Source: Paracoccaceae bacterium (GTDB taxonomy: Bacteria; Pseudomonadota; Alphaproteobacteria; Rhodobacterales; Rhodobacteraceae). From it: 52,793 bases of DNA. The DNA is taken from positions 1 to 52,793 of the forward strand of contig JALQTR010000009.1 in the NCBI GenBank assembly GCA_023260835.1, given 5' to 3'. Shown piece after piece: positions 28,207-38,611 of the stretch. Numbering within the stretch: position 1 is the first letter of the stretch; each line of letters starts with the position of its first letter. The notes below the pieces were generated by a model. It was not told the DNA's origin, searched no databases, and worked only from the letters and a program-made list of their open reading frames with translations. The translations under genes were made by a program, and so were the position numbers.

Positions 28207-29496
28207 TTAGGCGGCGTCCTCTTCGCTTTGGGCGACTTCGATCAGATATTCTTGCGCGGCCTCGACAGCAACGGGGGTGGATGTGGGGTGGATTGGGACA
28301 TATCCGCCATCATCTGTTTGCGTCGGCAGCGCGCGCTGTGTCATCCGATAGAAGGCATAGGCCATAACCGCCCCCAGAAGAACCGCCAAGAAGGCAAAGA
28401 AGGCGGCGGGGCCAAAGACCTCCATCATCCAGCCCGTGATCAGCGGGCCTGTGATGGCGCCCAGCCCGTTGATGAATAACAGGCCCGCGGATGCGGCGGC
28501 CATATCCTCATATTCCAAGAAATCATTGGTGTGGGCGATCAGCAGGGAATAGAGCGGGTTGCTCATCCCGCCGATCAGCAGCGCAGAGAGCAGCAGGAAA
28601 TAATACCCTTGCATAACCACCGCGATCAGCGCCGCAACGGCACCGATCAGCCCCACCGCAGCCACCATCATGCGGCGATCATACACATCGGACAGCCAAC
28701 CAACAGGATATTGAAACAGCATTGCCCCCACATAAAACGCAGCGACAAACCCCGAAATTTCTGGCAAGGTCAGCCCAGCTTCGCTGCCATAAACGGCCGA
28801 CATACCAAATTGTGCCGAATACACACCGCCCAGCAAAAACATACCCACACAACCCAAGGGGGATTTTTCATAAAGCGCCTTCAGCCCCATGCGTTTGGTG
28901 CTTTCAAAGGCGGGGGTTGGGCTGATCGACAGCAGGATCGGGGCAAAGGAAATGGACACCAAAACCGATGGGATCACAAACAGTAAAAACCCAGATGGAT
29001 CCGGCACCAGCAGCAGCCCCTGCGCGATGATGATCCCCAGCATCTGCACGATCATATACAGCGACAGCGTCTGCCCCCGCGTGGAATTATCAGCCGAATT
29101 GTTCAGCCAGCTTTCCGCCGTCACATAAACGCCGCAAAAGCAAAACCCAATGACCACGCGACCCAAAATCCACGCCGCAGGGTGCGGAAAGGCCGGATAT
29201 AGGATCAAAACCGCCGAAATAAACGACCCCATCGCGGCAAAGACCCGCACATGGCCCACACGGCGGATCATGTCCGGTGTGACACGGCTGGCGATTAAGA
29301 ACCCCGCGAAATAGGCCGACATCACCAATGACATTTCAAAGGCAGAAAACCCAGCGCCACCGCCGCGCACCCCCAGCAAAGATCCCTGCAGGCCATTGCC
29401 AACCATCAGCAGCATCATCCCCAGCAAAAGGGGCCATGAATTGATAAATACGCGGAGCATCCCAAGCGGCCTTTCATCTGGTGATGGGCCAATCAT
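28207..29496 (-). CDS. MFS transporter
   Basis: 429 aa with 12 hydrophobic helices and a D.IRRVGHVR-type loop 2-3 motif. Confidence 0.85.
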   Translation of the reverse strand: MIGPSPDERPLGMLRVFINSWPLLLGMMLLMVGNGLQGSLLGVRGGGAGFSAFEMSLVMSAYFAGFLIASRVTPDMIRRVGHVRVFAAMGSFISAVLILYPAFPHPAAWILGRVVIGFCFCGVYVTAESWLNNSADNSTRGQTLSLYMIVQMLGIIIAQGLLLVPDPSGFLLFVIPSVLVSISFAPILLSISPTPAFESTKRMGLKALYEKSPLGCVGMFLLGGVYSAQFGMSAVYGSEAGLTLPEISGFVAAFYVGAMLFQYPVGWLSDVYDRRMMVAAVGLIGAVAALIAVVMQGYYFLLLSALLIGGMSNPLYSLLIAHTNDFLEYEDMAAASAGLLFINGLGAITGPLITGWMMEVFGPAAFFAFLAVLLGAVMAYAFYRMTQRALPTQTDDGGYVPIHPTSTPVAVEAAQEYLIEVAQSEEDAA

Positions 29497-29603
29497 ATCA
29501 GATCGGCGGTAAAAATCCTATAAACCTATTTTGGCCCGACAAAAGGCAAGCATGATAAAACCAATACTTGGTTACAGATCAATCTGCACGCTTGGCGCGG
29601 CTT

Positions 29604-30659
29604 TTAGCGGAGCAAAAGCGACGAATCGCCATAAGAAAAGAAACGATACCCATTCGCAATCGCATGGTCATAAATCTGCCGAATACGGGCTTGCCCCATA
29701 AAGGCCGATACCAGCATCATCAAGGTTGATTTGGGCAGGTGAAAATTGGTCATCAGCCCGTCGGCGGCGTTGAAGTGAAACCCCGGGTAAATGAAAATAT
29801 CTGTTTCACCTTCAAATGGGGCCACACGCCCGCTGTTTCGCGCAGCCGTTTCAATCAGGCGCAATGCGGTGGTGCCCACCGCGATAACGCGCCCGCCGGC
29901 TGCTTTGGTCGCATTGATTTGCGCGGCCGCTTCGGCGGAAACAAGCCCCCATTCTGCGTGCATTTTATGGGTGGTCACATCCTCTACCTTTACGGGCAGA
30001 AACGTACCGGCCCCGACGTGCAATGTGACATAGCTGAACTCGACCCCCATCTGCGCCAATTGCGCCAACAAATCCGCATCAAAATGCAGCGATGCAGTCG
30101 GCGCCGCAACCGCGCCTGTTTTTTTGGCAAAAACGGTTTGGTAATCCTGTTTATCTTGATCATCTGCCGCCCGGCGCGTCGCAATATAGGGCGGCAAAGG
30201 CATATCGCCCACTGCCGCGAGGGCCGCATCAAATTCCGCGCCTGTTTTGTTAAACGCCAATTCGACCTGACCATCCTTGCGGCCCAAGACCTGCGCCGTC
30301 AAACCCGCCTCGAACGCGATCACTTCGCCATCGCGAATTTTCTTTAGTGGCTTCAGCAGCGCCGACCAATTTCCACTCAGCGTTGGCCCCAGCAAAGTCA
30401 CCTCGATCTTCGCGGCGGTCCGGCCCGCGTCCCCGTCGCGGTGGCGCAGACCAGACAGACGCGCGGGGATAACTTTGGTGTCATTTAAAACCAACCGATC
30501 ACCGCGGCGCAAAAACTGTGGCAGGTTGAACACCTGGCTATCCAGTATTTGGTCGCCCCCTTGCGCCACCAACATCCGCGACGCACTGCGCGGGCGCACG
30601 GGGCGGGTTGCGATCAGGTCCTCGGGTAGGTGAAAATCAAAATCACTCAGTTGCATCAT
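29604..30659 (-). CDS. queA: S-adenosylmethionine:tRNA ribosyltransferase-isomerase
   Basis: [16 protein letters not shown]...R..SR.L, PLPPYI and a C-terminal YRFFSYGD are canonical QueA. Start chosen at the tandem ATGs 30659/30656, not the 30803 track start. Confidence 0.93.
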   Translation of the reverse strand: MMQLSDFDFHLPEDLIATRPVRPRSASRMLVAQGGDQILDSQVFNLPQFLRRGDRLVLNDTKVIPARLSGLRHRDGDAGRTAAKIEVTLLGPTLSGNWSALLKPLKKIRDGEVIAFEAGLTAQVLGRKDGQVELAFNKTGAEFDAALAAVGDMPLPPYIATRRAADDQDKQDYQTVFAKKTGAVAAPTASLHFDADLLAQLAQMGVEFSYVTLHVGAGTFLPVKVEDVTTHKMHAEWGLVSAEAAAQINATKAAGGRVIAVGTTALRLIETAARNSGRVAPFEGETDIFIYPGFHFNAADGLMTNFHLPKSTLMMLVSAFMGQARIRQIYDHAIANGYRFFSYGDSSLLLR

Positions 30660-30666
30660 GTGGCCT

Positions 30667-33600
30667 TTATTGATCTGCTGGAGCGGTTGAGGGGGTGGGC
30701 GCACGGAACAAATCGCGCAAAACACCCGGCACCAAAACGGATAACAGGTTGACACGCACCTTTGGATCATCCGCCGGGCCTTTGAGGGTGAAGTTAAAGC
30801 CAAACAGCCCCTCGCCGCGGCGAGATGACAATGGCGCGCCCAGAATATTCAACGCGTAAACAGGGGATAAGGTGCCACGCATATCCAAATCGCGGCCTTC
30901 AAAATTATAAAGCCCGTCCAAGGAAATCCCCATCGAGGCCCCGACTGCACTGGTGTCTTTCAGCGACACGCTCTGCTGCGATACGCCCACCTGCCCTTCG
31001 ATGGCGTTGAATTTTATCCCCGGGCCAGACAGCTGCTCGATCAGCCCAATCACCGAAACCGCATTCAACAATTCCGCCATGACGGGGGCATCGCGCAATG
31101 CCGTTTGCGTGATGGCAAACGGGCCTGTGAACCCTGCATCCCCGTCCGTCAACTGCGCCACAAGCGACCCACCGTGAAGCGCGCCAAAGGCCCCCGCGTC
31201 ACGCAAAATCGCGCCAGCATCAGTCGCACGCAATCGAACAGACAGGGGTTTATTTGCTGGCTGATCAATTGCGCCATCAATGCGCGCCCCGCCATTCACC
31301 CGCCCTGTAAATGGGCCGGACATGGCCGTTCCATTTATGTCAATCTGCGCCTGTGCAGGTCCCAAAAACAATGCATCACCAATGCGCAATTCATCCGTGG
31401 TTAAATCAAGGTGCAGGGCCTGTTCCGCCGCGCGTTTGGGGGCAGACATCCATGGGCGCAGATCAATTTTGCGCGCCTGCACCGACAGAGTATTTTTTTC
31501 TGCCCCAATCGTCCATTGCGCAACCGCATCCAAACGATCCTTCAGGCGCAAGCGGCTGATGTCGATTTGTGATCCACCATCCGATGGCGCGGCCGATAGC
31601 TGCAGATCCAAACCGGCACCCGCCATCACCAGATCATCCAAAACCGGCGTCTGGGCCAGCCGGATTTTGGCGGTGGCCGTGATCGGGTCTTTTGCTTGTT
31701 TTGACCAAACCAAAGACGGGACATCAAGGCCCAACCCAACCATGTCAGAGCGCAGCTGTAAGATCGGCGCTTGCCCGGGCTGCAAATCCAAACGGGCCGA
31801 CAGGGGCGCTGCGCCGGTCATCAAATCCGCAATCGCTGGCAGTTTAAAATTGCGCAGCAACGCGGGGGTTAGCTGTGCATCAGCCAAGACCTTGGCCTGG
31901 CCTTTTTGCGCGCCTTGCCGGTTCAATCGCCAAACGCCCTGTAATGGCAGCCCATCCAAACTGGCCCGACCCCTGATTTCAGCCGCCGCATTTGTCAATT
32001 GAAACATCAATTCATCAGCGCGCAGATCATGATCTGTCACCAAGCGCGTTGAGGATATGTTGCGCAAAACCGCTGTGCCCGATTGGGTGATCTCATCCGC
32101 GGTCAGCTTGCGGCCCAATGGAAATTCAAACATCAATTCCGCCGCGACATCCCCATCCGCCAATCTGTGGTCCAGTGGTGAGTTTTTCAGCAAATTCACC
32201 GGGGGCAGTTCCAGCAATGACAGCGCCCCACCAACAGATGTTGCCGCCTGCAAATTCAACTGACCGATCGCGCCCTTGGGCTTCATCAGTGGAATGACAA
32301 AAGACGTGCCAGCAATTTCAACGCCGTCCCCATTGGGGGCCATCACCTGCCCTGCATTGGCATGGATCTGCAAGCGTTTATCCAAAATTTGCAGATGCCC
32401 AGATGCGCCCATCAATGGCGGCAAGGTTTTCAAATATTGCAATTGCGCATCTTCAAAAATCAGGCTCAGGTGTTTTTGCAACGTCCCATTTGCAGACCGA
32501 CGAAAGCCAAATTCAATATCCCGCGCCCGCGCCTTGATCAGATTTTCACCCAGCCATTTGCGTGTTTTGGAGCCAATGCTTTGCGGCCAAAACCCCAGCA
32601 TTCGGTCGCGATCAATGGCATTCAGCCCGCCATCAAGGCGCAGCATCCACCCATCCTGTGCCGCTTCAATGTCGGCGGATGCATAAAGCCGCTGGTCCCC
32701 ACTGGTCAGCTGCATTTGGCCAATATCAACCCTGAACGGGTCCAGCTGTAACTTGAAATCAAAACGACCACGATCAATGGTCTGAGATTGAGCAAAAAGC
32801 CCTTCTGGGTTGCCCTCTAACTTGGTGATTTCCAATGCCCCGACAAAGGTTTCGGCAACACCGTTTTGGGCCAGCCCAATCTGCGCTGCCCCAGATGCGG
32901 ATACGGTCAACCAATCACTTTGCACAGATAATTCGGACAATGTTAACTGCTGCGCCGCTGGCTTGTAATCCATATAAACTTGGGCAGATTGAAAGGGGAT
33001 TGGGCTGGTTTGCGGATTGGGTTGCAAGGCCCCTGCCCCCAAACGCAGGGTCGCATAGATCGGTTGAACCGCCCCTTGATCATCCAACCCCAACCGCATC
33101 GCCCCAGACACCGGCGCACGAAGGGCAGACAGCCACGCCAAAGCGGCCGATTGATTGGCAAAACTTTGCGCCGGCATGTTTTCAATATTGATCCCAACAG
33201 CCGCGGATTTGGCGCCAAAATCATGATCCAAATTCATCTCGATCAACGCCACATCCGCTGCCCCAGACAGCAGCGCCATATCCATGGACAGGGCCAGCTT
33301 GCCAGCGGATCTATTAGCCCGCATTCGCGCGCCGTCCACGCTCCAGGCTTGGCCGGTTGTGATATCCTCATACCGGATGCTCAGATCATCAATCTGGGCC
33401 TCCTCCAGCCGTTCAAGCATCGGGTGAATGAACAGCGCATCCAGCGCAGCGGGGGCATCTGTTGGCTGTAATCCCGCGGCCCAGCCAAAACCACCATCAT
33501 CATCCGCAGGGGCAAAGGATAAATTGAAAGACCCATCCGCAGACCGGCGCACAATGGTCTGCGCCCCTGAAATATAGATGTTGCGCGCCTGAACTGACCC

Positions 33601-33960
33601 GCGCAACAAATCACGCCGTGACAGCGCCATTTCCAGCTGCGCCAATTGCGCCAAATCCGACCCATCTTCGGCGCGCAGGCTGATCTGATCAAACACCAAT
33701 GTGGGGCGCAGATCCTCGTCCAGATAAATCGCCAAATTCTGCAAACCAAACCGCAGGTTGGTCATTTTTTGCTGCAACAGATCAACAGCCCGATTGCGCA
33801 CCCAATCTGGCGCCTGCAAACGCTGGCCGGGCAACCACAGGATCAGCCCAACAATCACAGCCGCAATAATCAGTTTGACCCCGCCCAATGCATACAGGCT
33901 GCGCCGCAACCATCTGCGCGGTGGGGGTGTCTGCTGCGGATCGATGGGGGCCATGACCAT
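30667..33960 (-). CDS. Large AsmA-like / DUF3971-type envelope protein (about 1,100 aa, N-terminal membrane anchor)
   Basis: Start chosen at MVMAP (33960). Has a single N-terminal TM ([14 protein letters not shown]), a long repetitive beta-rich body and a C-terminal GP.DDPKV motif, as in AsmA/TamB-like proteins. Confidence 0.72.
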   Translation of the reverse strand: MVMAPIDPQQTPPPRRWLRRSLYALGGVKLIIAAVIVGLILWLPGQRLQAPDWVRNRAVDLLQQKMTNLRFGLQNLAIYLDEDLRPTLVFDQISLRAEDGSDLAQLAQLEMALSRRDLLRGSVQARNIYISGAQTIVRRSADGSFNLSFAPADDDGGFGWAAGLQPTDAPAALDALFIHPMLERLEEAQIDDLSIRYEDITTGQAWSVDGARMRANRSAGKLALSMDMALLSGAADVALIEMNLDHDFGAKSAAVGINIENMPAQSFANQSAALAWLSALRAPVSGAMRLGLDDQGAVQPIYATLRLGAGALQPNPQTSPIPFQSAQVYMDYKPAAQQLTLSELSVQSDWLTVSASGAAQIGLAQNGVAETFVGALEITKLEGNPEGLFAQSQTIDRGRFDFKLQLDPFRVDIGQMQLTSGDQRLYASADIEAAQDGWMLRLDGGLNAIDRDRMLGFWPQSIGSKTRKWLGENLIKARARDIEFGFRRSANGTLQKHLSLIFEDAQLQYLKTLPPLMGASGHLQILDKRLQIHANAGQVMAPNGDGVEIAGTSFVIPLMKPKGAIGQLNLQAATSVGGALSLLELPPVNLLKNSPLDHRLADGDVAAELMFEFPLGRKLTADEITQSGTAVLRNISSTRLVTDHDLRADELMFQLTNAAAEIRGRASLDGLPLQGVWRLNRQGAQKGQAKVLADAQLTPALLRNFKLPAIADLMTGAAPLSARLDLQPGQAPILQLRSDMVGLGLDVPSLVWSKQAKDPITATAKIRLAQTPVLDDLVMAGAGLDLQLSAAPSDGGSQIDISRLRLKDRLDAVAQWTIGAEKNTLSVQARKIDLRPWMSAPKRAAEQALHLDLTTDELRIGDALFLGPAQAQIDINGTAMSGPFTGRVNGGARIDGAIDQPANKPLSVRLRATDAGAILRDAGAFGALHGGSLVAQLTDGDAGFTGPFAITQTALRDAPVMAELLNAVSVIGLIEQLSGPGIKFNAIEGQVGVSQQSVSLKDTSAVGASMGISLDGLYNFEGRDLDMRGTLSPVYALNILGAPLSSRRGEGLFGFNFTLKGPADDPKVRVNLLSVLVPGVLRDLFRAPTPSTAPADQ

Positions 33961-34071
33961 CCTTTTGGGCAAAATTATCGCGCGGCAAGGGTTTTCCCTG
34001 CCTGTGCTTGCGCTATTATCAATGGGGTCTAGACAAGGTAAACCACAAAAACGCAATCGAAAGGTCCATAG

Positions 34072-34533
34072 ATGAGCGAGATTTCGCAAGCCCCCCGCCT
34101 GACCCTGCCCGCATCAAACGGGGATACCGTAACATTGCCAGGGACCGGCAGCAAAGGTGCCGTTGTGTTTTTCTATCCCAAAGATAACACATCCGGCTGC
34201 ACCAAAGAGGCGCAGGGGTTTACCGCCGCCAAAGAGGACTTTGCGGCCTTGGGCATCGAAATCTATGGCATTTCGAAGGACAGCTTGAAATCGCACGATA
34301 ATTTTATCACCAAACAGGGGCTATCCGTTACCCTTTTGTCTGATGAAGACGGTGCCGCCTGCGCGGCCTTTGATGTTTGGCGAGAAAAATCCATGTACGG
34401 GAAAAAATTCTTCGGGATTGAGCGGTCGACCTTTTTAATTGCGGCCGATGGGCGCATCTTGCGCGAATGGCGCAAGGTGAAGGTGCCGGGCCATGTCGAA
34501 GCCGTTCTGGACGCCGCGCGCACGCTGCTTTAA
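34072..34533 (+). CDS. bcp: Thioredoxin-dependent peroxiredoxin Bcp
   Basis: VVFFYPKDNTSGCTKEA carries the peroxidatic Cys motif, with GIS.DS....F downstream. Confidence 0.9.
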   Translation: MSEISQAPRLTLPASNGDTVTLPGTGSKGAVVFFYPKDNTSGCTKEAQGFTAAKEDFAALGIEIYGISKDSLKSHDNFITKQGLSVTLLSDEDGAACAAFDVWREKSMYGKKFFGIERSTFLIAADGRILREWRKVKVPGHVEAVLDAARTLL

Positions 34534-34575
34534 GGGGCAATTTCGACTATTTGCCCAAACTTCGGAGCCTCCCTC

Positions 34576-35400
34576 ATGACCAAAACTCTGGCCCAAATGG
34601 CAGATGACGTTCTGCGCTGTGCCGATGGGCGTGAAAAAACCGCCCTGGGACGCGAATATGCGACACAGTGGTTTGCCGCCCGCGATACAGGGCAGCCTTT
34701 GCCAATTGGAACCGCCTCGCCGCCGCTGCGGCCTGCGCGGCCAGATCAGCCGGAATTGTTGGACCCGCGCGACGTGCCAAAACGCAAACCCGGATCCGAA
34801 GCAGGCCGGATTGCCCTGCTGCATGCCGTTGCGCATATTGAATTAAACGCGGTTGACCTGCATTGGGACATCATCGCCCGATTTACCCATGTCCCAATGC
34901 CGCTGGGGTTTTATGACGATTGGGTGAAGGCCGCAGATGAGGAATGCAAACATTTCAATCTGGTCTGCGATTGTCTGGAGGATATGAACAGTTTTTATGG
35001 CGACCTGCCAGCCCATGCAGGCATGTGGCGCGCCGCCGAAGACACGTGCGATGATTTGCACGCGCGGCTCGCAGTTGTTCCCATGGTGCTTGAGGCGCGC
35101 GGACTAGACGTCACCCCCGGCATGATCGAGATTTTCAAACGCGCCAAAGCCACCAAGGCCGTGGACGCCCTGAACATTATTTACGCCGAAGAAGTTGGCC
35201 ATGTGGCCTATGGGTCCAAATGGTTTCACTTTCTGTGCGGGCGCGACAATCTGGACCCCAAGGATGTGTTCCACGCCCTTGTGCGCAAATATTTCCATGG
35301 TGCATTAAAGCCCCCCTTTAACGAAGAAAAACGCGCCGAAGCCGGCATCCCCCCAGATTTTTACTGGCCGCTTACAGAAACTGGGTCTGTGGGGGAATAA
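34576..35400 (+). CDS. Ferritin-like di-iron DUF455 family protein
   Basis: HAVAHIELNA.DL, DE..H, LEARGLD and EEVGHV provide carboxylate/His ligands in a four-helix-bundle arrangement typical of DUF455. Confidence 0.75.
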   Translation: MTKTLAQMADDVLRCADGREKTALGREYATQWFAARDTGQPLPIGTASPPLRPARPDQPELLDPRDVPKRKPGSEAGRIALLHAVAHIELNAVDLHWDIIARFTHVPMPLGFYDDWVKAADEECKHFNLVCDCLEDMNSFYGDLPAHAGMWRAAEDTCDDLHARLAVVPMVLEARGLDVTPGMIEIFKRAKATKAVDALNIIYAEEVGHVAYGSKWFHFLCGRDNLDPKDVFHALVRKYFHGALKPPFNEEKRAEAGIPPDFYWPLTETGSVGE

Positions 35401-35530
35401 TCGGCAAAAAATTGCCTTTGGGTCAAGGAATGCGCGCCATCAAACGACAGATCACGACTGCACCCTTGCAAAACTTATATAAAATTGCCTATTAATTCTT
35501 CCAATTGCTTTATCAGTCGCAGGCACAGAC

Positions 35531-36805
35531 GTGGATCAACCAGCACCTTCTTTTTTCAAAAAGTACTTTCCAGAGCGCCGCGTTTTTCTGCGCTCAGATC
35601 ATGACACGCGCTATATCCGCCTTGGCACGGCCACGCAGGTGACAGCGGTGTTCACAGCCGCATTGGTAATCGGTTGGACGATGATTGCCAGCGCAATCAT
35701 ATTGATGGACAGCATTGGATCGGGCAACCTGCGCGATCAGGTGAAGCGCGATCAGGATCTGTATCAAACCCGTATGGCGCAATTGGCGGATGAACGCGAT
35801 CAACGCGCGGCAGAGGCCAGTGCCGCACAGGCGCGGTTCTCGACCGCGATGGCCCAGCTGGCCGAGCTGCAAGAGGCAGTTCTGCAAGCCCGAATGCGCG
35901 CCGATGAAATGGAATCCGCATTGGTGGATCTGCAACAAAAACGTCTTCAAACAACACCGCGCGTGGCGCGCGTGGATGATAACGGGGCCGATGATGATGC
36001 ACAGTATTCGGCCGCATTGAATGAATTTTTACAATCGGCCCTGTTGCGCACAGCGGCAGAACGTGACCACCATTTACAAACCGCAACAGCGGCGGTGGCC
36101 CAAGCGCAGGAAATGCATTTGAATATGCGCCTGCAACAGGAACAAAACGATCATATCTTCCGTCAGCTCGAAGACGCGATGTCCGTATCGGTTTTACCCC
36201 TTGAGGGGATGTTTAAATCCGCCGGCGTCGACCCTGATCAATTACTGGATGAGGTTCGCCGCGGGTACACCGGCCAAGGCGGCCCAATGGAACCCATCAG
36301 CTTTTCCACCTCCAGCAACCCAAATGGCGAAATGGATGCAGCCAGTGTGATCCGGGCCAACCGGATGCTATCCCATCTGGACGCACTGAACCTGTATCGC
36401 ATCGCAGTGGATAAATTACCCTTTGCCGAACCTGTGAAATCATCACATCGTTTCACCAGCGGATATGGCAAACGCTGGGGCCGTATGCACCGCGGCATTG
36501 ATCTGGCCGCGCCGATTGGAACACCAATTTATGCTACCGCAGATGGCACCGTCATTTATGCCGGATGGGAATCTGGTTATGGACGTCTGATTAAAATTCG
36601 TCACAGCAGTGGGCGGGAAACCCGTTACGGCCATTTGTCAAAAATTCGCGTGCGCCCCGGGCAAAAAGTATCGCGCGGCGAGCGAATTGGTGATATGGGG
36701 AACTCAGGTCGTTCGACCGGGCCGCATTTACATTATGAAATCCGTGTTCACGGAAAAGATATTAACCCAATGAAATACCTAAGGGCAGCTCGAAATGTTT
36801 TCTAA
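35531..36805 (+). CDS. M23 (LytM) family metallopeptidase with N-terminal cytoplasmic segment, one TM and a coiled coil
   Basis: GTG start. TM segment VTAVFTAALVIGWTMIASAIILM, a Q/A/E-rich coiled coil and a C-terminal LytM domain (H.GIDLAAP.GTPI.A...G.V, GN.G.STGPHLHYE). Confidence 0.85.
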   Translation: MDQPAPSFFKKYFPERRVFLRSDHDTRYIRLGTATQVTAVFTAALVIGWTMIASAIILMDSIGSGNLRDQVKRDQDLYQTRMAQLADERDQRAAEASAAQARFSTAMAQLAELQEAVLQARMRADEMESALVDLQQKRLQTTPRVARVDDNGADDDAQYSAALNEFLQSALLRTAAERDHHLQTATAAVAQAQEMHLNMRLQQEQNDHIFRQLEDAMSVSVLPLEGMFKSAGVDPDQLLDEVRRGYTGQGGPMEPISFSTSSNPNGEMDAASVIRANRMLSHLDALNLYRIAVDKLPFAEPVKSSHRFTSGYGKRWGRMHRGIDLAAPIGTPIYATADGTVIYAGWESGYGRLIKIRHSSGRETRYGHLSKIRVRPGQKVSRGERIGDMGNSGRSTGPHLHYEIRVHGKDINPMKYLRAARNVF

Positions 36806-37262
36806 ACCAAAACCCACCCCACAACCCGAAGCACAACCCAAAGCGGAAAAGCCTGCTGCGCCGGCACCAACCCCCGCTGCGCCCGCGCCAAAGCCAAAGC
36901 CGCCCGCGTCAATCCTGTCATCGGATTTGCACATCACAGGCAATCTGAAAACCACCGGTGATATTCAAATTGAAGGCACAATCGATGGCGATGTGCGCGC
37001 CCATTTGCTGACAGTTGGCGAAAGCGCCACAATCAAAGGCGAGCTGATCGCCGATGATGTTGTTGTGAATGGCCGCGTGATTGGCCGCGTGCGCGGTCTG
37101 AAGGTGCGCCTTGCCGCCACAGCGCGGGTCGAAGGGGACATCATCCATAAGACCATCGCGATTGAATCGGGCGCCCATTTTGAAGGGTCGGTGCAACGTC
37201 AGGACGATCCATTGTCCAATGCGGCCCCCAAACCAGCGGCAGCAGCAAAGCCCGCTGGCTGA
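36795..37262 (+). CDS. Bactofilin family cytoskeletal protein
   Basis: N-terminal MFSK motif, Pro/Ala-rich linker and a beta-helical bactofilin core (I.G.L...GD..I.G...G.V....). The ATG overlaps the last 11 nt of the M23 gene. Confidence 0.88.
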   Translation: MFSKPKPTPQPEAQPKAEKPAAPAPTPAAPAPKPKPPASILSSDLHITGNLKTTGDIQIEGTIDGDVRAHLLTVGESATIKGELIADDVVVNGRVIGRVRGLKVRLAATARVEGDIIHKTIAIESGAHFEGSVQRQDDPLSNAAPKPAAAAKPAG

Positions 37263-37283
37263 TTACAGCACACAGGTTGAATC

Positions 37284-37315
37284 AAAAAACGCCCCAAAAT
37301 TGGGGCGTTTTTTTT
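37284..37315. terminator. Bidirectional rho-independent terminator between the convergent bactofilin gene and prfB
   Basis: AAAAAA-CGCCCCA-aaat-TGGGGCG-TTTTTTTT. Confidence 0.8.
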
Positions 37316-37333
37316 GCGCAATGGTTTTGCGGC

Positions 37334-38458
37334 CTAGTCAGCCTGCGCCTCGGCGCGGGATTTGCCAGATAGGTTCAGCGCCAATGTGGCGGCCATCAGA
37401 CCGTCCAAATCCCCATCCAAAACCCCCTTGGTATCGGATGTTTCAAACCCGCTGCGCAGGTCCTTGACCATTTGATAGGGTTGCAGAACATAGGACCGGA
37501 TTTGGTTCCCCCACCCCGCGTCGCCCTTATTTTCATGCGCTTCATTGATGGCGGCATTGCGACGATCCAGTTCCAACTGATACAGGCGCGATTTCAGCGC
37601 TTTCATCGCGATATCGCGGTTTTGGTGTTGGGATTTTTCAGAACTGGTCACCACGATACCGGTTGGATGGTGGGTGATACGAACGGCCGAATCCGTGGTG
37701 TTCACGTGCTGCCCACCGGCACCGGATGACCGATAGGTATCAATGCGAATATCAGCGGGGTTCACCTCGATGTCGATATTGTCATCCACAACAGGATAAA
37801 TCCAAACAGAACAAAAGGATGTGTGCCGTTTGGCCGCCGCATCAAAGGGCGAAATACGCACCAACCGATGCACGCCGCTTTCAGATTTCAGCCAGCCATA
37901 GGCATTATGCCCTGAAATTTTATAGGTGACGGATTTAATGCCCGCCTCTTCCCCGGGTGTTTGCGATTGCATTTCAACGGTGTAACCCTTGCCTTCGGCC
38001 CAGCGCACATACATCCGCGCCAAAATCGACGCCCAATCGCAGCTTTCGGTGCCGCCTGCGCCGGAATGGATTTCCAAAAACGTATCATTGCTGTCCGCCT
38101 CGCCATCAAGCAGCGCTTCAAGCTCTTTTTCTGCCGCGCGGGTTTGCAGGGCTTTTAGGGCTTCCTCGGCTTCGGACACGATATCGGCGTCGCCCTCGGC
38201 CTCGCCCATTTCAATCAATTCGATGTTGTCTGATAATTCCTGGGCCAGGGCTTTGCAGCCCTCGTATCCATCAATCAGAACCTTGCGCTCTTGCATCAAT
38301 TTTTGTGCTTTGGCCGGATCATCCCACAGGGTTGGATCCTCGACCATGGCATCCATTTCTTCAATGCGATAGGTGATGGTTTCCCAATTCATCCGTTGGC
38401 GCAACAATTCGATGGATTTTTCAATCTCGTTAACGATATTTTGAATATCTGCGCGCAT
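37334..38458 (-). CDS. prfB: Peptide chain release factor 2, encoded in a single frame
   Basis: SPF tripeptide (RISPFD) and the GGQ motif (SGAGGQHVN). Start chosen at MRADIQ (ATG 38458). The ORF is continuous with no internal in-frame UGA. Confidence 0.93.
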   Translation of the reverse strand: MRADIQNIVNEIEKSIELLRQRMNWETITYRIEEMDAMVEDPTLWDDPAKAQKLMQERKVLIDGYEGCKALAQELSDNIELIEMGEAEGDADIVSEAEEALKALQTRAAEKELEALLDGEADSNDTFLEIHSGAGGTESCDWASILARMYVRWAEGKGYTVEMQSQTPGEEAGIKSVTYKISGHNAYGWLKSESGVHRLVRISPFDAAAKRHTSFCSVWIYPVVDDNIDIEVNPADIRIDTYRSSGAGGQHVNTTDSAVRITHHPTGIVVTSSEKSQHQNRDIAMKALKSRLYQLELDRRNAAINEAHENKGDAGWGNQIRSYVLQPYQMVKDLRSGFETSDTKGVLDGDLDGLMAATLALNLSGKSRAEAQAD

Positions 38459-38611
38459 AGCTGCCCCTTGCGGTTTGACCGGAAATTTACCGCCCAATAA
38501 ACCAGCACCGCGCATAGGGCAAGATGCGCAAAGCCGCGGCCAAATGCCATATTTTACGTATTTGCCTTGTGCCTATGGCAAATCGGTTTATGTCTTGGCC
38601 ATGCGTGACAT

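Noticed and set aside
37334-38515. Programmed +1 frameshift site (CUU UGA C) expected in prfB
   Set aside because: The RF2 reading frame is continuous from MRADIQ (38458) through the SPF and GGQ motifs, with no in-frame UGA near codon 25. The gene is of the non-frameshifting type. The 19 extra N-terminal codons in the ORF track are probably untranslated.
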